This document shows positions 29,038-38,434 of a DNA stretch of 64,000 nucleotides, piece by piece (within the stretch, counting starts at the first letter, position 1; every line of letters starts with the position of its first letter). A model generated the notes under the pieces. The model had not been told where the DNA came from and searched no databases. It saw only the letters and a program-made list of their open reading frames with translations. The translations under genes and the position numbers were made by a program. The stretch is from Candidatus Fermentibacteraceae bacterium (GTDB lineage: Bacteria; Fermentibacterota; Fermentibacteria; Fermentibacterales; JCC-6): contig JBGSZS010000004.1 in assembly GCA_041750285.1 (NCBI GenBank), positions 1 through 64,000 on the forward strand. The letters are read 5' to 3'.

Positions 29038-29568
29038 TCAAAGCCCGAGCCTGGCCGCCTCTTCAGGTTCCTGTTCCCTCAGAAGGTCGTAGTTGTAATA
29101 CTGGGTGATGATGTTGAACGCCCTGAGCCGCTCGCCAAGCTCGGCGTCAAGCGCCGAGTAATGGTTCGCTGCCTGTGAGAAGCTTTCAAAAAGGTCCTCT
29201 CCCATCGTGAGGAAAGCATTCGTCATCTTCGAGTCGACGGCCGCCCTCTGCCCGGCATCCATGGCCTGATAGTAACTGCCGTATCCGACGAAGATGTCCA
29301 CATACCTGTCGAAAAGTGCCTCGACCTGTGGCTTGAGCACTTCGGCCGACGGTCGGGGTCCGCAAAGGGCAACGACTTCCTCCATCGCGTTCACGTAGTC
29401 GGCAGCGACCCGGTCGCCCAGGACCTGCGGGTCGGAAAGGTCAACCGTTCCGGTTTCCGTGGTTTCCTCCCCGTCCCCCTCCGCCGGGTCGTCAGCGGGG
29501 TCCGCATTGTCACCGCAGCCCGCCAGGGCCAGAAGAAGAACCCCGACCACCGGTATCGCCTTGTTCAT
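29038..29568 (-). CDS. Hypothetical lipoprotein
   Basis: Lipobox LAGC; acidic linker. Confidence 0.7.
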   Translation of the reverse strand: MNKAIPVVGVLLLALAGCGDNADPADDPAEGDGEETTETGTVDLSDPQVLGDRVAADYVNAMEEVVALCGPRPSAEVLKPQVEALFDRYVDIFVGYGSYYQAMDAGQRAAVDSKMTNAFLTMGEDLFESFSQAANHYSALDAELGERLRAFNIITQYYNYDLLREQEPEEAARLGL

Positions 29569-29579
29569 GAACTTCCCTT

Positions 29580-31118
29580 TCAGTTTTCAATTGATCCAGG
29601 AGTCGACCCGGCAACCGGCTGACCTGGCAGCTTCGGTTCCCGGCCCGTCCCCACCGCCTCGATGGCTGCTGCCAGGGTTACCATGTCCTCCAGAAGGGGT
29701 TCGATGTCTTCGGGAGGGAGGTATCTGGGGCTGTCCATCACCGACAGGTGGCCGGGCGCAACGTGCGCCTGAACGCTCGACCAGTCCACAAGCATTCTTG
29801 CGAGCTTCCCCTCCCAGCGCCGCATGAACCAGACCAGTGGAAGAAGGAGCTTCTCCTGCTCCTGCCCCGACGATTTCATGCGCTCGACTGTCTCCCTCTT
29901 CGCGTAGCGTATCGGGAAGAAGTCGTTGAAGCCGGGGTTGTCGGTGGTGAAGCGCTGCATGTTCCCGGGTGGGTAGCCCGGCGGTTCCGAGCGAAGGTAG
30001 AAGACCGGATCGTCCACCTCGACCTCGATGGCGTACTCGTCGGCCGGGTCGATCCCGATGTCCCTTCCCCTGTACTTGTCATTTATGGTGCCGGTGCAGT
30101 TCCTGTATTCGGCGCCCTCATGCTTCCAGCCGTGCTTTGCCGCCAACGCCGCAAGAGCATGTTTGCACCCCTTGGAAGGTCCCATCCGCCCGGAAAGAAC
30201 CGAGCTGAGGGCTATCCAGACGGGTATCGCTGCAAAAAGGGCGAACAGGACGATGGGAGCGGCCTTTGCAACGAACCCCGCGCTGTCGCCCCCAAAACTG
30301 AACAGCAGGGCCATGATCGCAGCGATGGCTGCGATGATCGCAAGGAAAGGCAGCACGGGCCTGAGGTTTCGGGCGGCCTTCCGGGGGGCGGTCCGCACTT
30401 TCCAGGAATCGAGCTCCCTTTTCTCGTCCTGCTCGTCAATCGCACGCTGCTGCGCCTGGAGCTGACTTTGTGTCGGTCCTCCGAGCCCCATGAACCACTC
30501 GAGGGTCTTTCTGACCGGATGAAGCCTTTGCCAGACCGCGTCGGGAATGTAAACCTCCGAACCGCAGTAGACGCACTTCATGATGCGCTCACTGCCCGTC
30601 GACACGGAAAGTGCGCCCGCGCACTTCGGGCATGACATGACGACAGGCGCGGTGGATGAATCGTCCAGCACGAGAGGTTCCCTGCCCGCGTCATCGGGCG
30701 GTTCCTGCGATGTGATGCAGAAGACGGCGGACGGGACCACAAGCATGAGCCAGTCCGGCGCCGGAAAGAAGTGGTACGGTTCGCCGCACTTGTCGCAGGC
30801 GATCCGTGCCCGTCCGGAAGACCCCGGAAGGGGAAGGACCTTCTTGCATCTGGTGCACCGGGGCGGCAGCCTCCACAGGCCGTACTTGTAGGTGCCGCTT
30901 CCGCACATGAGGGTACCGCCGCTGCCCTGACCGTCGGGAAGCCCCTCGTACTCGTCCTCGAAGTCGTTGATCAGCCCGCCGATGATGTCCGGGGGAACAT
31001 TCTTTTCTTCATGGCAGGCGGGACATGTAAAAACCCTGCAGGGGCCGTTCAACGGGACGGGCTGACCGCAGGAGTCGCAGGTCGTGCTTATCTCGATACA
31101 CGCGTACCTTGAATGCAA
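29580..31118 (-). CDS. Multi-zinc-ribbon membrane protein of unknown function
   Basis: Six CxxC motifs followed by two TM helices. Confidence 0.65.
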   Translation of the reverse strand: MHSRYACIEISTTCDSCGQPVPLNGPCRVFTCPACHEEKNVPPDIIGGLINDFEDEYEGLPDGQGSGGTLMCGSGTYKYGLWRLPPRCTRCKKVLPLPGSSGRARIACDKCGEPYHFFPAPDWLMLVVPSAVFCITSQEPPDDAGREPLVLDDSSTAPVVMSCPKCAGALSVSTGSERIMKCVYCGSEVYIPDAVWQRLHPVRKTLEWFMGLGGPTQSQLQAQQRAIDEQDEKRELDSWKVRTAPRKAARNLRPVLPFLAIIAAIAAIMALLFSFGGDSAGFVAKAAPIVLFALFAAIPVWIALSSVLSGRMGPSKGCKHALAALAAKHGWKHEGAEYRNCTGTINDKYRGRDIGIDPADEYAIEVEVDDPVFYLRSEPPGYPPGNMQRFTTDNPGFNDFFPIRYAKRETVERMKSSGQEQEKLLLPLVWFMRRWEGKLARMLVDWSSVQAHVAPGHLSVMDSPRYLPPEDIEPLLEDMVTLAAAIEAVGTGREPKLPGQPVAGSTPGSIEN

Positions 31119-31154
31119 CGCTCCCCCTTGTGGGATGGAACCGGCAGGGACGGA

Positions 31155-31547
31155 TCAGGTCACTGAAACCACCGCGGCGTTGGCTATGAAGACCCTGATG
31201 GTGTTGCAGTGAGGGTCGGCCGGTGTCAGGAAAAAGCCGCCATGCGCCGGGTTGAACACGAGGGTGTATCCAGCCATCTTCTCGCCGTCCTCGAACTCCA
31301 CGAGGAGCTTGCGTCCCACCGTGGGCGCTTCGGGATCGAAATCGTTCCGGTACACGTGATTGGGGTCGCCGAAAAAGTCCTTCACGAAGAAAAGGGCCTT
31401 CAGGTCGGCGATGACGACCTCGGTGATGACCTTCGGATCGTCCATGGAGGACATGTGGAATGAAGCCTTCCCGGGAGCGAAATCGCTGGCGCTCCCCTTC
31501 AGTACGCGCCCGTCGCGATACCGGGCAATCAGCCTGTTCAGTGCCAT
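31155..31547 (-). CDS. Conserved hypothetical protein (DUF6982-like)
   Basis: YRDGRVLKG..DF, LKALFFVKDF, FEDGE, GFFLTPADP. Confidence 0.65.
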   Translation of the reverse strand: MALNRLIARYRDGRVLKGSASDFAPGKASFHMSSMDDPKVITEVVIADLKALFFVKDFFGDPNHVYRNDFDPEAPTVGRKLLVEFEDGEKMAGYTLVFNPAHGGFFLTPADPHCNTIRVFIANAAVVSVT

Positions 31548-31654
31548 GTCTACCCTTCTTCCCGGTTCGGTTGGATCGAGTGGAGCGTCGTTGGTTTATC
31601 CGTGTCCGCAAACAACATGCGAACTCGCGGTTTCACGGTCAATGCCCTTTGGGC

Positions 31655-32131
31655 TCAGTCCGTGACCTGCTTCTCCTCAGCCACTGCATCGACGAGGGGG
31701 CCGCCGCATGAAGCACACTTCGATTCATACCAGCTGAAGCGCCGGGAACAGGATGGGCATGACCACCTGTCATTCTCCCCCTCCAGCCACCTTTTTACAC
31801 CAAGCTCACCGATCCTCTTCAGGTTCCGGATCACCACCGAATGGTGGGGCATGTCATCGTTGCGAAAGCCGGCCAGTGTTTCGCACGGGAACTCGGGGCA
31901 CTGAGAACAGAAGTCGTACCCCCTGGACATGGCGCACTTCCGCATCCCACACCTTGCGCAGAAGGCAATTGTAGCATCCCCGCGGCAACCGCCGCAGACA
32001 AGCAGGGAAGGTTCCGTTCCCCACTCCCGGGCCATGCGGGCCAGGGCCACGGTGTCGTCCCTTTCGTTGGCCAGCCCGACGGGGCACGCCCCGCAGTTCA
32101 GGCCGCAATAAGAATCGTGCCGGACCTTCAT
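31655..32131 (-). CDS. DUF3795 Cys-rich protein
   Basis: YCGLNCGAC, CGGCRG, CSQCPEFPC, C-terminal CPSC..CASC. Confidence 0.8.
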   Translation of the reverse strand: MKVRHDSYCGLNCGACPVGLANERDDTVALARMAREWGTEPSLLVCGGCRGDATIAFCARCGMRKCAMSRGYDFCSQCPEFPCETLAGFRNDDMPHHSVVIRNLKRIGELGVKRWLEGENDRWSCPSCSRRFSWYESKCASCGGPLVDAVAEEKQVTD

Positions 32132-32155
32132 TTCCCTTCGCCCCCGTTCGTGAAA

Positions 32156-34306
32156 CTACGCCCCGTCGAGCACCTCTCTGACCCGGGCGGCAAGATCGAC
32201 CATCCTGTATGGCTTGCTCAGAAAGCCCCTCGCTCCGCTCGTGAGGTTCTCGCCGTACTGTCCGTAGGCGGAGTGGCCGCTTACGATGAGAACCTTCAGG
32301 CCCGGGCTGATCTTCAGCAGCTCGGAGAGGCAACGGTACCCTCCCATGCCGGGCATGTTGAGGTCGAGAAGGACAAGGTCGGTGCCTCCGCTTTCCCCGA
32401 ACACCTCGAGCGCCTCTTCGCCACTCCCGGCCGTGAGCACCCTGTATCCCGACATGGTCAGGAATTCCCGGGTCTGCTCGAGGATCAGGGTTTCATCGTC
32501 GACGACCAGGATCGTCTCGCCGGTGCCGGGAACGGGCCCGGCATGGCCCTCATCCCCCGAATCGGGTTTCCTGCGCTCAGAAGATGCGGGAAGGAACACT
32601 TCGAAGGTGGTGCCCTTCCCCGCCGCGCTTCGGCACCTGATGCACCCGTCATGGTTCTTCACTATGCCGTAGGCCGAAGAAAGGCCGAGACCGGTGCCCT
32701 TTCCGGGCTCCTTCGTTGTGAAGAACGGGTTGAACACCTTGTCGATGATCCCGTCCGGGATGCCCTGACCGGAGTCGGTCACCGAGAACACCACGAATTC
32801 ACCCGGTTTCACATCACCGTGATCACGGCACATCCCTTCGTCCAGCCGCACGTTCGCCGTAGAGAATTCGAGGCTTCCGCCATCGGGCATCGCGTCGACT
32901 GCGTTGGAGGCCAGATTGAGGATGATCTGCTCGATCTGCACGGGGTCCGCCTCCACCATCCGCAGGGCGGGCTCGAGCGCAAGCCTTATCCCGATCATCT
33001 TGGGGATTGTCTGCCCGAGGATGCGCGCGGCGTTGGTGATCTCCCTGTTGAGGTCGAGCGGGACCTTCCTGCTCTCCATGTTCCTGCTGAAGGCCAGAAG
33101 CTGGTTTATCAGGGCCGCCGCCCGCCTGCTTGCTCCGAGGATCTGGGCAAGCTCGGCCGAACCGGGCTCTTTGACGGTCTTTCGGGCGATCAGGAGCTGG
33201 GCGTACCCGCTGATTATCTGGAGTATGTTGTTGAAATCGTGTGCTATTCCGCCTGCCAGGGTGCCAAGCGCCTCCATCTTCTCCGCCTGCTGCAGCCTGA
33301 GCGACTGCGCAAGCAGCTCCTGCTGAGCAATCTGAAGGCTTTGTACCTTTTCGTTCAACCTGCGTTTCAGATAGAGCGTAATCACTGTAAGGCAGATGAG
33401 CATGGCGCCGGCGAACAGCGCGATCAGCCCGAGGGTTCTCTTGGCCCCGGGGCTCAGCCCCTGATGGGCCTCCATGGAGATCCAGCCCCTCTGCATGGCT
33501 TCGAGCTCGCTCGGGGGAATGTCTGCGAGAGCCTTGCGAAGCGCGCTGTAAAGAAGCGGGTACTCCCGGCTGACACCTATGCTCCATTCGAAGAAGAAGC
33601 CGGTTGTGCCGGAAACACGCAGGTTCGAGAGGCCCTCGAGGTCTGTGTAGTACGCGGCCACCGCCAGGTTCTCGACAAAGGCGTCCACCTCCCCGAAAGA
33701 AACCGCCCTCAGACCCTCGGGAACGTTCCAGAGGGGTATGACCTCGTACCTTCCCTGATTGAGGCTTCGAACGTACTGCTCCGATGCGTAGCCCGATACG
33801 ACAGCCACATCGAGCCCGGCAAGGTCGTCGAGGCTCAAAGCACCCTGTTTCGACCTGGTCGTTATGATCACAACCGGCACCGTGGCGTACGGGGGCGAGA
33901 AGAAGGCGAATTCCTCCCTCTCCGGAGTGCGGACTATCGTTGGCGCAATGGCGCACTCACCGGAAGCGAGCGCCTCAAGGTGACGGTTCCAGTCCGGGCA
34001 GGGTACCCTTGGAAAGGTCACGCCAAGCCTTTCCTCGACTGCCGCCATCACGTCGGCGCCCAGACCGATGAACTGCCCCTCTGAAGACATGAACTCGATG
34101 GGCGGGAAGTCTGTGTTGTAGAAGAGGAAGAGGCTGTCGGCGTTGGCGTCGAGCCATGCCCTTTCCTCGGGGGTCAGAACGGTCGGACCGGCGCCTTTGT
34201 GTGGATGGAAGAAGACCGCGGCCAAAAGGAAGAAGGCAAGAGCGAGAAGCGGAAGCAGGAAGATCTTCCGGCGTAATGGACGCAACAGGTCCCTTCTCTC
34301 GCTCAT
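32156..34306 (-). CDS. Hybrid sensor histidine kinase (substrate-binding sensor-HisKA-HATPase-REC)
   Basis: DFPPIEF sensor; GGIAHDFNN H-box; PFFTTK..GTGLGL; LVVDDE, DLNMP, KP. Confidence 0.92.
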   Translation of the reverse strand: MSERRDLLRPLRRKIFLLPLLALAFFLLAAVFFHPHKGAGPTVLTPEERAWLDANADSLFLFYNTDFPPIEFMSSEGQFIGLGADVMAAVEERLGVTFPRVPCPDWNRHLEALASGECAIAPTIVRTPEREEFAFFSPPYATVPVVIITTRSKQGALSLDDLAGLDVAVVSGYASEQYVRSLNQGRYEVIPLWNVPEGLRAVSFGEVDAFVENLAVAAYYTDLEGLSNLRVSGTTGFFFEWSIGVSREYPLLYSALRKALADIPPSELEAMQRGWISMEAHQGLSPGAKRTLGLIALFAGAMLICLTVITLYLKRRLNEKVQSLQIAQQELLAQSLRLQQAEKMEALGTLAGGIAHDFNNILQIISGYAQLLIARKTVKEPGSAELAQILGASRRAAALINQLLAFSRNMESRKVPLDLNREITNAARILGQTIPKMIGIRLALEPALRMVEADPVQIEQIILNLASNAVDAMPDGGSLEFSTANVRLDEGMCRDHGDVKPGEFVVFSVTDSGQGIPDGIIDKVFNPFFTTKEPGKGTGLGLSSAYGIVKNHDGCIRCRSAAGKGTTFEVFLPASSERRKPDSGDEGHAGPVPGTGETILVVDDETLILEQTREFLTMSGYRVLTAGSGEEALEVFGESGGTDLVLLDLNMPGMGGYRCLSELLKISPGLKVLIVSGHSAYGQYGENLTSGARGFLSKPYRMVDLAARVREVLDGA

Positions 34307-34411
34307 TCGGTGGAAACCCCATTCCCAGTGAAAACAGTACGCGAAGGAAGCTATAAACGATACGCCCGGCGGTCATGCCCGTCAAACCGCTGGAGCTTGC
34401 GGCCGCAGAAC

Positions 34412-34443
34412 AAAAAAGCCCCGGAAGCGGAAGCTTCCGGGGC
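34412..34443 (-). terminator. Intrinsic terminator of RRM gene A
   Basis: 11-bp stem GCCCCGGAAGC/GCTTCCGGGGC followed by T6. Confidence 0.85.
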
Positions 34444-34458
34444 CGTTCATGCTGGCTT

Positions 34459-34746
34459 CTAGTAGCGGGGCGGTCTTCTGGGGCCGGCGTTCCTGGGGCG
34501 ATCCTCCCGCGGACGGGCCTCGTTCACCCTGATGTCGCGGCCTCCAACTTCCCTGCCGTCAAGGGCGCTGATGGCGGACTCTGCGGCGGCCTTGTCGGCC
34601 ATCTCGACGAAACCGAAGCCCTTGGGCCTCCCGGTGTCCCTGTCGGTGATGATCCTTGCGCTCGTTACCTCTCCGAACTCGGCGAAGAGTTCTTCAAGCT
34701 GTTTCTCGGTCATGTCGTACGACAGGTTTCCAACGTAGATGTTCAT
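34459..34746 (-). CDS. RRM RNA-binding protein A
   Basis: RNP2 IYVGNL, RNP1 KGFGFVEM; AGGAG RBS. Confidence 0.93.
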   Translation of the reverse strand: MNIYVGNLSYDMTEKQLEELFAEFGEVTSARIITDRDTGRPKGFGFVEMADKAAAESAISALDGREVGGRDIRVNEARPREDRPRNAGPRRPPRY

Positions 34747-34814
34747 TTCTCTCCTAAGTGCAAAACACCCTATCCAAGGGCCTGGCCATACTGAACATCG
34801 TTGTTCAGCACGCA

Positions 34815-34843
34815 AAACTAATTGAAGGGAAAAAGCCCGTCAA
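34815..34843 (-). promoter_or_regulatory. sigma70 promoter of RRM gene A
   Basis: TTGACG-N17-TAGTTT. Confidence 0.55.
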
Positions 34844-34871
34844 GTATATGCCGACAGGGAGCATAGGCAAG

Positions 34872-34902
34872 AAAAAACCCCGAAGGCGTGAGCCTTCGGG
34901 GT
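34872..34902 (-). terminator. Intrinsic terminator of RRM gene B
   Basis: Stem ACCCCGAAGGC/GCCTTCGGGGT followed by a T tract. Confidence 0.85.
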
Positions 34903-34918
34903 CTTCTGGAACCGTTCT

Positions 34919-35212
34919 TTAGAAACGGGGCCTTCTGGGACCGCTGCTGCTGTTGCTCCGGGGACGGTCTTCCCTGGGGGTGGCTTCGTTGACCCTGAGG
35001 TCACGACCGCCTACTTCCCTGCCGTCGAGAGAACTGATGGCAGCTTCGGCTGCTGACTTGTCAGCCATTTCAACGAACCCGAAGCCCTTGGGTCTTCCGG
35101 TGTCCCTGTCGGTTATGAGACGTGCGCTTGTGACCTCTCCGAACTCTGCGAAGAGGGCTTCAAGCTGTTTTTCGGTTGTGTCGTACGACAGGTTTCCCAC
35201 ATAGATATTCAT
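34919..35212 (-). CDS. RRM RNA-binding protein B
   Basis: RNP2 IYVGNL, RNP1 KGFGFVEM; close paralog of gene A. Confidence 0.93.
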   Translation of the reverse strand: MNIYVGNLSYDTTEKQLEALFAEFGEVTSARLITDRDTGRPKGFGFVEMADKSAAEAAISSLDGREVGGRDLRVNEATPREDRPRSNSSSGPRRPRF

Positions 35213-35274
35213 TTCACTCCTAAAAAGACGCCCACTACGGGCTGATTCAACTGAACATAGTTGTTCAGCCCCCA

Positions 35275-35303
35275 ATGATAATGAGTTCCGGGAGCTGTGT
35301 CAA
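35275..35303 (-). promoter_or_regulatory. sigma70 promoter of RRM gene B
   Basis: TTGACA-N17-TATCAT. Confidence 0.7.
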
Positions 35304-35492
35304 GTTAAAACTTCATTCACACCCATAAGAATACATGGCAGGACTGACCGCCAGGGGTCACTCCCCCTGCAAGAGATACTTGTATCAACTTTCCATTGTG
35401 TAAATTGATGCAAACAGGCAGGGGCCGTCAACCGGGGGGACGGACCGGTGTTCAACGTGCATATTCCACGGGTACGTCAGGGAGGTCAGGAT

Positions 35493-36149
35493 ATGCTCGA
35501 TCTCAGGGGGCTGTCGGTAGCGGCGGGCGGCAGGGTTCTCGTTTCCGGTATAAGCATCACTCTTGAAAAGGGCGAGATGGTTGCCCTGTGCGGACCCTCC
35601 GGGTGCGGCAAGACCAGCCTTCTGAGGGCCGTGGCCGGGCTCGATGATCCGGCGGGTGGCCATGTACTTCTGAACGGCCTCACCCCATGCGGGATCGGCT
35701 GGCCCCGTTTCAGGCGCAGGGTCGTCCTTGTAGACCAGAGACCCGTGCTTCTCCCGGGAAGCGTCAGGGATAACCTGGCACTCCCCTTTGCCTATGCAGC
35801 TTCCATGGGCGCGCGTTTCCCCGAAGAAGAGGCCCGTACCCTGCTGGAAACCTTTGGTGTCAACCCTGAAAGGTTCACGCAGGAGGCGAGAACCCTCTCC
35901 CAGGGGCAACAGCAGAGGGTCTGCCTCGCCAGGGCCTTCCTTCTGAAACCGGATGTCCTCCTGCTCGATGAGCCCACCAGCGCCCTCGACCCCGAGGCGG
36001 TGTCCTCGGTTGAGAACACGCTCAGAACCGAGACCCTCAGGAGGGGGCTGTCGGCGCTGATAGTCACGCATGACAGGGAGCAGGCACGGAGGCTTTGCGA
36101 CCGAGCGGTTGATCTTTCCGATTTCGGGGCGGTGCAGAATGCCGGTTGA
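35493..36149 (+). CDS. ABC ATP-binding protein, FetA/YbbL-like
   Basis: GPSGCGKT, LSQGQQQR, LLDEPTSALD; adjacent to a FetB-like gene; GGAGG RBS. Confidence 0.8.
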   Translation: MLDLRGLSVAAGGRVLVSGISITLEKGEMVALCGPSGCGKTSLLRAVAGLDDPAGGHVLLNGLTPCGIGWPRFRRRVVLVDQRPVLLPGSVRDNLALPFAYAASMGARFPEEEARTLLETFGVNPERFTQEARTLSQGQQQRVCLARAFLLKPDVLLLDEPTSALDPEAVSSVENTLRTETLRRGLSALIVTHDREQARRLCDRAVDLSDFGAVQNAG

Positions 36150-36948
36150 GAACAGCGTCATCGACCTTTCCACCACCGATGTGATGATCGCCGCAGCCCT
36201 GGTCCTGATCTCCGGCGGAATAAGCGTGGCGCTGAAGCTCAAAATGGAGGGGAAGCTGGCCCTGGCCTCGTTCAGAACCGTTGCCCAGCTTCTTCTCATA
36301 GGTTTCGTGCTGCAGAAGGTGTTCGAGATAAGCACACTTCCCGCCCTTATCCCGGTGGTGCTGTTCATGCTGCTCACGGCCGCCCACACGGCTGTGGGAA
36401 GACCCGCCCGCACCTACGCGGGACTTGGTCCCCTAGCGTTCTGTACGATGGCAGTCACCAGCCTTGCCGTGACCATCACCGCAACGGGGCTGATCATCGG
36501 GGTGGATCCGTGGTTCAGGCCGGCCTATCTCATACCCCTTCTGGGTATGGTGTTGGGGAACACCATGAACGGTGTGTCCCTGGCCACCGATCATTTCCTC
36601 GAGACCCTTTCCGAGCGCCGTCACGAGGTCGAGATGGAGCTTGCAATGGGCGCAACCAGATGGGAGGCGGCGAGAAGGCCCATATCCGATTCGGTGCGCC
36701 GGGGCATGATACCCATCATAAACAGCATGATGGTCGTGGGAGTGGTTTCACTGCCGGGGATGATGACGGGCCAGATCCTTGCCGGCACCGATCCTGCCGT
36801 GGCTGTGAAGTACCAGATCATGATAATGTTCATGATCGCCGCCGGGGCATCCATGGGTTCCATGGGAATGGTGCTGCTCTCGTACAGGCGCCTTTTCAAT
36901 TCGAAGCACCAGCTGCTTTCCGGCCGCATCAGGGCGAGAAGGAAATGA
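36139..36948 (+). CDS. fetB: UPF0014/FetB-family ABC permease
   Basis: RTVAQL, IPLLGMVLGNTM, GVVSLPGMMTGQILAG..AVKYQI. Confidence 0.85.
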   Translation: MPVENSVIDLSTTDVMIAAALVLISGGISVALKLKMEGKLALASFRTVAQLLLIGFVLQKVFEISTLPALIPVVLFMLLTAAHTAVGRPARTYAGLGPLAFCTMAVTSLAVTITATGLIIGVDPWFRPAYLIPLLGMVLGNTMNGVSLATDHFLETLSERRHEVEMELAMGATRWEAARRPISDSVRRGMIPIINSMMVVGVVSLPGMMTGQILAGTDPAVAVKYQIMIMFMIAAGASMGSMGMVLLSYRRLFNSKHQLLSGRIRARRK

Positions 36949-36981
36949 CCCGCTCCGGCCCGGAGGAATGAGGAGGTTGTC

Positions 36982-38403
36982 GTGCTTGTCAAGCATTTTT
37001 TCACACCGAAGATAGCCCACAGCTCGTACATCCTGGCGGGAAGCGCCTCTTGCGCGGTGGTGGATCCCTCCCGTGACACCCGTGCCTACATTCGCGCCGC
37101 GGACGAGCTTGGCGTCAGGATCACCCGTGTTCTCGCAACCCATCTTCATGCGGATTTCGTGTCGGGCCACGCAGACCTCGCGGCCCTCACGGGCGCCGAG
37201 ATCATCGCACCGGCGGCCGCAGGATGCGCCTTCCCGCACCGTGGCGTGGGCAGTGGCGACAGCTTCAATCTGGGAAGCGTTCGCGTGGATGTCCTTGAAA
37301 CGCCGGGCCACACCCCCGCGCACGTCAGCTACGTGGTCACGGATACGGCGAGGGGTGCCTCGCCTGCCGGAGTTTTCTGCGGAGACACCCTTTTCGTGGG
37401 CGATGTGGGCAGACCGGACCTTTTCCCCGGAATGGCTTCGAGCCTCGCGTCACGCCTCTACCACAGCCTGCGAAAACTAATGGAGCTTCCTGACCATTGC
37501 GAGGTCTACCCCGCACACGGCGCCGGTTCGCTCTGCGGACGGTCAATGGCATCCAAGTACACGAGCACCGTCGGGTATGAAAAGAGGTTCAACCCCGCCC
37601 TGCTTATCGGCGATGAGAAGAGTTTCACGGAGTCCCTCACGACGGGAATGCCCCCCGCCCCCGATCACTTCTCCCGGTGCAGCGAGGTAAACCGCCTCGG
37701 GCCCGCGCTTCTTTCGACGCTGGCCCGCCCCGTCCCGCTGGAACCCGCAGCCTTTCTCAGGGCCGTTTCAGAGGGGAACGGCTTCGTCCTCGACGTGAGA
37801 AGGTACGATGCCTTCTCGGCACAGCACGTTCCCGGAGCGTGGAGCATAGACTTCACGGGCAACCTTCCGACCTTTGCAGGCTGGGTCACACCGCCCGGCC
37901 GTGACGTCCTTCTGGTGGCCACCGACCCCGAAGAGGCCCGGGAGGCAACGGTCTGGCTTCGAAGGGTCGGCCTGGACAGGGTAACGGGTTACCTCAGGGG
38001 CGGCATGTCCTCGTGGGCGGCAAACGGTCTGGAGACAGCTGGAATGGGGCTGGTGTCGGTACGTCAGGCAAATGCCGCGGCATCCGCGGGTACGAAGCGC
38101 ATCCTTGACGTTCGCGCCCCCTCGGAGTTCAACGACTTCCACCTCCCCGGCTCGATCAACATCCCGGCCCCCGATCTCCGAAGCCGTTACGGCGAACTCG
38201 ACCCCCGGGAGGCTTTCCTGATCTTCTGCAGCACCGGGCAAAGGTCGGCCCTTGCCGGGTCCATTCTGCTTTCAAGGGGTTTCACCGATGTCTCGTGCGT
38301 GGCGGGTGGCATGAGGGGTTTCCAGGCCGCCTCGCTGGCGCCGGCATGCTCCATGTGTTCCCTCCCCCACGGCCCGAGAACGCAGGAGTCCAAAGCAGAC
38401 TGA
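36982..38403 (+). CDS. MBL-fold hydrolase with tandem rhodanese domains (persulfide dioxygenase/CstB-like)
   Basis: THLHADF, TPGHT, GDTLFVGDVGRPDL, PAHGAGSLCG; rhodanese CSTGQRS. Confidence 0.88.
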   Translation: MLVKHFFTPKIAHSSYILAGSASCAVVDPSRDTRAYIRAADELGVRITRVLATHLHADFVSGHADLAALTGAEIIAPAAAGCAFPHRGVGSGDSFNLGSVRVDVLETPGHTPAHVSYVVTDTARGASPAGVFCGDTLFVGDVGRPDLFPGMASSLASRLYHSLRKLMELPDHCEVYPAHGAGSLCGRSMASKYTSTVGYEKRFNPALLIGDEKSFTESLTTGMPPAPDHFSRCSEVNRLGPALLSTLARPVPLEPAAFLRAVSEGNGFVLDVRRYDAFSAQHVPGAWSIDFTGNLPTFAGWVTPPGRDVLLVATDPEEAREATVWLRRVGLDRVTGYLRGGMSSWAANGLETAGMGLVSVRQANAAASAGTKRILDVRAPSEFNDFHLPGSINIPAPDLRSRYGELDPREAFLIFCSTGQRSALAGSILLSRGFTDVSCVAGGMRGFQAASLAPACSMCSLPHGPRTQESKAD

Positions 38404-38434
38404 ACCAGGGGCGGCTCCCGCTGCGGGACGGGTG

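Noticed and set aside
31841..34084. 747-aa plus-strand ORF
   Set aside because: Antisense shadow of the hybrid histidine kinase; no recognisable motifs; expected in GC-rich DNA.
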